Of a stretch of 64,000 bases of DNA, positions 59,147 through 64,000 are shown piece by piece. The stretch covers positions 23,510-87,509 of the forward strand of contig CAZBTQ010000001.1 in assembly GCA_964494405.1 (NCBI GenBank). The letters are read 5' to 3'. A program made the translations under genes and the position numbers. This DNA is from an uncultured Iamiaceae bacterium (lineage in GTDB: Bacteria > Actinomycetota > Acidimicrobiia > Acidimicrobiales > SKKL01). The notes beneath the pieces are model-generated. The model did no database searches. It worked only from the letters and a program-made list of their open reading frames with translations, and was not told the origin of the DNA. Every line of letters starts with the position of its first letter. The stretch's first letter is position 1.

Positions 59147-60278
59147 TCTCAGAAAAGACAAATCTGAAATCCTACAAAAGGCTCTAAAAACATTAGAGAC
59201 CCGTACCCCGATCACAGCTACCAGCCCCGGCTCGGTTGCTCGTGCATTAGCTGAAGCAATCACCAGTGAGATTGGTGACTTTTATGATCTGATGGACTAC
59301 AACGTCTCTCAGACTCTAATCTCAAAAGCGAATAGCTCAGCTCTAGACCGGATCGGTAGTCTGTATGGAGTAGATCGACGCTCACTGAGTTCATTGAATG
59401 TTCTGGAGGCGAATACCGGGACGTTTCATTTTTACATAGAGCAACCTTATCACTCAGTTATTACAATTCCAGCAGGAACCAGACTATATAGCAACAGCAG
59501 CGATTATGTGTCTACTCAGATTCAGTTTGAAACAATCAACCCCACAGTGATTCCGATTGGTCGTAGAAAGGTCTATACGGCAATTCGGCCAGTGACAATG
59601 GACATAGGTCTAACGCTGGGTAAAGACACACTAACGGTCCATAACTTTGTGTCGCCACCCGATACCTTGGTCTATGGCACCAACGGAAAGCCGATCTCTG
59701 GAACGGCGAACACCGAGACAGATGATAACTATCGAACCCGGATAATCAATCAGCTGAGGGTGAACACGGGTGGGACCTTAACTGCTCTCCGCTTCGCTGC
59801 GTTGGCGGTTGAGGGGGTAAGAGATGTCCGAATTAAAAGTGCTAGATATGGGCTGGGCACGATGGAGATGCTTGTCGTATCAGAAAATGGTTTAGTTCCA
59901 GACTCAGTTAGAAGCCGTGTGAGTAACGCCCTTGAAAGTGCCCGTCCCGCTGGAGTGAGATTGTATTTGAGGAGTCCAGTTTATGTCTCCTTTGGGATTG
60001 GTGTTGGACTCGTCATGAGATCCGGCAGCACCAATGAAACCAGGGACGCGGTCGCCAGAGCAGAGATGAGTATCAGGTTTTATTTGAATTCCCTCATGCC
60101 AGGTGATAAACTGATCTACAGTCAACTAATATCAGGTATATTGGACGCATCAGATCTTGTTTCCGATGTGAAGATAACCAACTACTCTGCTAATGATTTA
60201 GAAGTTTCCAGAACGAATTATGAACCGGGATATGATGAACAGATTGTCCCAGGTACCATTACGGTATCTAGAATCTAA
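59136..60278 (+). CDS. Baseplate J-like protein
   Basis: PGSVARAL, ALDRIGSLYGVDR, GTANTETDDNYRTRI, VEGV, RPAGV. Confidence 0.9.
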   Translation: MPLNLRKDKSEILQKALKTLETRTPITATSPGSVARALAEAITSEIGDFYDLMDYNVSQTLISKANSSALDRIGSLYGVDRRSLSSLNVLEANTGTFHFYIEQPYHSVITIPAGTRLYSNSSDYVSTQIQFETINPTVIPIGRRKVYTAIRPVTMDIGLTLGKDTLTVHNFVSPPDTLVYGTNGKPISGTANTETDDNYRTRIINQLRVNTGGTLTALRFAALAVEGVRDVRIKSARYGLGTMEMLVVSENGLVPDSVRSRVSNALESARPAGVRLYLRSPVYVSFGIGVGLVMRSGSTNETRDAVARAEMSIRFYLNSLMPGDKLIYSQLISGILDASDLVSDVKITNYSANDLEVSRTNYEPGYDEQIVPGTITVSRI

Positions 60279-60293
60279 AGAACCAAAGGTAAT

Positions 60294-61478
60294 ATGAGCA
60301 CCGAGAGTTTAGTTGAATGCGCCGCCCCTAATTGTGATGCAACATTCGAAAAATCTTCACACAACCATAAGTATCACTCTCTTGAATGTAAACGATACAT
60401 GGAAAAGAGAGCACGTAGACAAGAATATATTGAAGATGTTGCTTCTGCCACAGCCAAAATCTATATGGAGGATGTGGAAGATGAGGAGAAGATCGAATTC
60501 CTTCGTAAAGAGAATCGCCGTCTATCCAATTTGGTGGAGAAGCACAAGAACCTGAAAGATGAAGCCTTGGTTCAGGTTTATGACACCCTCAAAGAAACAG
60601 TAGAGAAGAACCCCCTTCCAAGAGTAGAGTTCAAGTACAAACCAGATAGTAGAGAGACCTCAGAGTTGGTGGCTGTCGCTGTCCTAGCTGATTGGCAATT
60701 GGGAAAAAAGTCGCCTACCTATAACTCTGAAGTATGCCACGAAAGAATGGTTCGCTATGCTCATGAAATAGTTGAGCAAGTAAAGGCTTTTAGAAATATA
60801 GCGCCGATCAGAGAATTAAGAGTTTGGGTCCTAGGTGACGTCGTTGAGGGTGAGGACATTTTTGCGGGCCAGGCATATGAGCTTGACTCCAGTCTATATA
60901 CTCAAGTAGGGGTAAACGGTCCAGCTATATTTAGAGATATGTTTTCTATATGGCTTGAAGAATTTGAAACCATCAATGTTGCAGCAGTAATTGGTAATCA
61001 TGGTCGAGTTGGTCGGACGGGACAATTCAATCCGGAAACCAATATGGACAGACTTCTCTATAAAATGTTGGACTGGATGTACATTGATGAACCCAGAATT
61101 AATTTCAACATTCCAGATGGCTATGGGTCTACTAGCTGGTATTTGGTAGACAATATCGGGAACTACTCAACCCTGCTTCTTCATGGGAACCAATTTCCTC
61201 CCCCCTCTGGCAGTTCATACAGTTATTATAAGCTCGTCATGGGGTGGAAAGATTGTGGTATTCCTGAGCGTTTCAAAGATATTTTCGCAGGACACTATCA
61301 TCAGAGCACTAAGATGACACTTGGGTCATCGATCCTTAGGATCGCACCAAGCCCCGAAAGCTACAACGGTTTCGCTCAAGAAAAACTTGGGGTGATGGGC
61401 CGTCCAGGTCAAGACTTTATGATTGTCGATCCAGATAAGGGTGACGTTGTCGCTGAGCAAACCATTTATCTAGATTAA
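60294..61478 (+). CDS. Calcineurin-like metallophosphoesterase with N-terminal Zn-binding motif
   Basis: LADWQLG, LGDVVEG, GNHGR, LLHG, AGHYH; N-terminal CAAPNC...HSLEC. Confidence 0.85.
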   Translation: MSTESLVECAAPNCDATFEKSSHNHKYHSLECKRYMEKRARRQEYIEDVASATAKIYMEDVEDEEKIEFLRKENRRLSNLVEKHKNLKDEALVQVYDTLKETVEKNPLPRVEFKYKPDSRETSELVAVAVLADWQLGKKSPTYNSEVCHERMVRYAHEIVEQVKAFRNIAPIRELRVWVLGDVVEGEDIFAGQAYELDSSLYTQVGVNGPAIFRDMFSIWLEEFETINVAAVIGNHGRVGRTGQFNPETNMDRLLYKMLDWMYIDEPRINFNIPDGYGSTSWYLVDNIGNYSTLLLHGNQFPPPSGSSYSYYKLVMGWKDCGIPERFKDIFAGHYHQSTKMTLGSSILRIAPSPESYNGFAQEKLGVMGRPGQDFMIVDPDKGDVVAEQTIYLD

Positions 61479-61504
61479 AACATCTACCTATTAAGACTAT
61501 TCTA

Positions 61505-64000
61505 ATGAAAATTTACTACCTCGTATTCAATAAAGATAATCTAGATTTAGATGATGGTATTTGGCGATCCAATTTAATTGATCTATACGACAACGAACAC
61601 TATCGGAACTATTCCACTACCAAATCTATTTATGGGACCAACGCCCTTGGAGATAAGACCTGGACCGGCCTTACTGATACCAACCCCTCTGACGCTGGTC
61701 TTGTGGAGGATGGTCGGTTCATTGACTGTTCCGGTCAGATCGGCATCGAACAGTTTTCTTTGCATTACGAGGAAAACAGTCCATACAAAGACGCTCAAGC
61801 TCGCATCAGTGTCTACACAACAGATGATGAGACCGCCTTCTTTCCAGATGAGTTTTCGTCACTAATTGATCAGTTCACTGATACCCCCCTTAATCACCCG
61901 AACGCAGATAGATATGCTAGGTTCGAATTCACGATAAATACTGATCACGACATCAATGATGTTGATTTCGAATGCGTGGTGATAGTGTCGATTGACACTC
62001 CGCCGATGGCTCCTCTTTATGCGGCCACCCAGAGAGCGCTACGCAGGTTCCCAGAGTGGATGGCGCTAAGAAAAGATTCAGAAACCCAAGCAACACCCAG
62101 TCTCGCTCAACCAGAGACACTTGCTGGTCATGTAGTCAATGCCATTGCTGGAGAATATCTAGACCATCTTAGTTCGCAGCTGTCAGTTCAATCGATTGAA
62201 TCCCATATTGATACGCTCGATCCACTAATGCCTAATCGAACCTATCAGGTTTACTCTCTTCCTGAATATTTTGAGTCAATTCAAAATGAAGACGGGGAAG
62301 AGTTTGCTAGAGCAGCTTCCCTTTTCGAACTATATGATGATTACACCAACCCTCTGTTGTGTTATGTGGATAGAGATAGCGATTCTATAGTCACCTTCGG
62401 CCCTCACGATATCATAAGGATCGATGGAATAAATTACGAAACCACATATTCGCCTCTATGGAATATGTTTGATGAATTTGGGTTACTTGTTGATCTAGTC
62501 AGGTTGAAAGATGAAGAGAACGATCGATTTCGTCTTAGAATACTAGATGTTTATAGGAACAAGCCAGGAGTCACTTTAGAGGCGCTTAAGAGGACTCTTC
62601 GTAGAGAGTTAGATCTGTGGCAGGCATTTGATGTCCCCATCTCTTTGAGTACACCATCAGATACTAGCACCCCCGTTGATTTGGGCCCAGAGTACACCGC
62701 GGCAACCCCAGAAATATTAGATATGGGTCATATGGAAAACGACCCGGTCTTTTGGCACGCTGACGGAATGCCGACCGATAGATTCGTTAAGCTTATCGAG
62801 TCTCTGGTCAAGGAGTACCCAACAACTTGGGGCTTCTTTGTTTGGGACCAGGCATTTTGGGACGTTGCTCAAGATGACACAATCATCAACTATGATGTCT
62901 TACCATACAGATTAGACGCAGCCCCGTCGAACGATATGCAATATGGGGTGGGTGATGGTCAAGACCTCCTGATAGCCAAACCCACCAATAACGTTAACTC
63001 AGATTCTTTAGATTTGACTTTTACGGCCAGAGGCGTTCGTCATATTCCTAAAACATCTTACCCCGAAATAGATATTAATCTTGATGTCTATGGTCAGGCC
63101 AATCGAATTAACTATGAGAATCCACCCATTACGGTACCGTTCGTCTTGAGGCTGCAGGTAATTAAGCTGGAATTAGAATACTGGTATGTTAACTTTGAAA
63201 TTACAGCAACATCAGACATTGATTGGAACAATCCCGTCCCCTCTATAGAGTCTCATGTCGGGTTTGAGCTTTTTAGTGAGTTTTCTAGGTTTGGTATTCC
63301 GGGGGCCACAGTACACACACAAGGTGGTGACACCTTTGTATGGGAGGATGATCCGTTCGTCTACTCACTCAACGCCGCTGACATAAGACCAGGGGCCTGG
63401 GATCCGAATACCAATGATGTTGTGGACATCCCCACCGTTGATAATTGGTTTGCCTACCATTCGCTTGATCCGGGTGTGTCAGTCAACAAGGATTCCTCAT
63501 GGACCCCATTGAGCCTCGTTCCTGGAGACGACGGCGTCCTTCTTCTAAAGCCAGGGGCTTGGACTTTAGCCAGCTTAGAGTCCTCAAGTTCATTGGGCAA
63601 ATGGCAGTCCCCATCCACGCCGATCAATGCCACTATCAATGGTGTCGCCCCAAATGAGACTACTCAAAGCTTTGTCACAGATTCGCCTACTATTTTGTGG
63701 CCACTGGAACTAGAATCACCGGCAGAACATGAGGTGGTCCTGCAACTCAGAGATACCGATGATGAGGGCAACTACGGGGTTCTAACAACTGACGTAAACG
63801 ATGAGAGATTGTTTCTCCCTAGTTCTTATCTTTATGTGAATGGCAGTAACTCCTGGAACAGTGATGGTCAAATGATCTTGGATTGGGGCGCTTTACCAGA
63901 CACCCTGACGTTCACAAGCGGAAGCGATACCCTATACCCTATTGACGATAGTTATCTAGAAAGCTTCAGTGAATCGTTTACGGTTGGGGTTGATGATCTA
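61505..64000 (+). CDS. Large baseplate wedge/tail-associated protein (truncated by window end)
   Basis: ATG 61505 (MKIYYLVF...); frame appears open to the end and is absent from the ORF track, consistent with no stop; WNMFDEFGLLVDLVRLKDEENDRFRLRILD resembles wedge (gpI/gp7-like) motif. Confidence 0.65.
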   Translation, partial: MKIYYLVFNKDNLDLDDGIWRSNLIDLYDNEHYRNYSTTKSIYGTNALGDKTWTGLTDTNPSDAGLVEDGRFIDCSGQIGIEQFSLHYEENSPYKDAQARISVYTTDDETAFFPDEFSSLIDQFTDTPLNHPNADRYARFEFTINTDHDINDVDFECVVIVSIDTPPMAPLYAATQRALRRFPEWMALRKDSETQATPSLAQPETLAGHVVNAIAGEYLDHLSSQLSVQSIESHIDTLDPLMPNRTYQVYSLPEYFESIQNEDGEEFARAASLFELYDDYTNPLLCYVDRDSDSIVTFGPHDIIRIDGINYETTYSPLWNMFDEFGLLVDLVRLKDEENDRFRLRILDVYRNKPGVTLEALKRTLRRELDLWQAFDVPISLSTPSDTSTPVDLGPEYTAATPEILDMGHMENDPVFWHADGMPTDRFVKLIESLVKEYPTTWGFFVWDQAFWDVAQDDTIINYDVLPYRLDAAPSNDMQYGVGDGQDLLIAKPTNNVNSDSLDLTFTARGVRHIPKTSYPEIDINLDVYGQANRINYENPPITVPFVLRLQVIKLELEYWYVNFEITATSDIDWNNPVPSIESHVGFELFSEFSRFGIPGATVHTQGGDTFVWEDDPFVYSLNAADIRPGAWDPNTNDVVDIPTVDNWFAYHSLDPGVSVNKDSSWTPLSLVPGDDGVLLLKPGAWTLASLESSSSLGKWQSPSTPINATINGVAPNETTQSFVTDSPTILWPLELESPAEHEVVLQLRDTDDEGNYGVLTTDVNDERLFLPSSYLYVNGSNSWNSDGQMILDWGALPDTLTFTSGSDTLYPIDDSYLESFSESFTVGVDDL

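Noticed and set aside
1-64000. Stop-codon reassignment as the cause of fragmented genes
   Set aside because: Long ORFs tile the window under the standard code and TAA, TAG and TGA all end genes; fragmentation is confined to the intron region.

Overview
This window is the co-oriented (+ strand) virion morphogenesis region of a large contractile-tailed dsDNA phage (myovirus, probably jumbo-sized; an actinobacterial host is suggested only indirectly). Gene order: intein-split terminase large subunit, three virion proteins, portal, glycosyltransferase, prohead protease with nested acidic scaffold, decoration protein, major capsid protein, neck proteins, GC-rich mosaic fibre/appendage genes, two tail-sheath paralogues, three tail-tube paralogues, two chaperones, very large tape-measure/ejection-type proteins, a baseplate hub with transglycosylase and nuclease domains, an M15 peptidase and baseplate genes. 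Main findings: (1) the principal tail-tube gene is split into five exons by four group I introns, each with its own homing endonuclease. I reconstructed all splice junctions from P1/P10 pairings, and intron 2 appears to end in A rather than the canonical omega-G. (2) An Ala-Thr-Pro tripeptide recurs 19 times in 10 putative virion proteins but is absent from the large internal proteins, and a glycosyltransferase sits in the head operon, suggesting a virion glycosylation 'sequon' system. (3) A 1262-aa protein next to the tape-measure gene carries an ordered set of motifs resembling single-chain two-barrel RNA polymerases, with an atypical DLDD motif. All functional calls come from manual motif reading; no searches were run.
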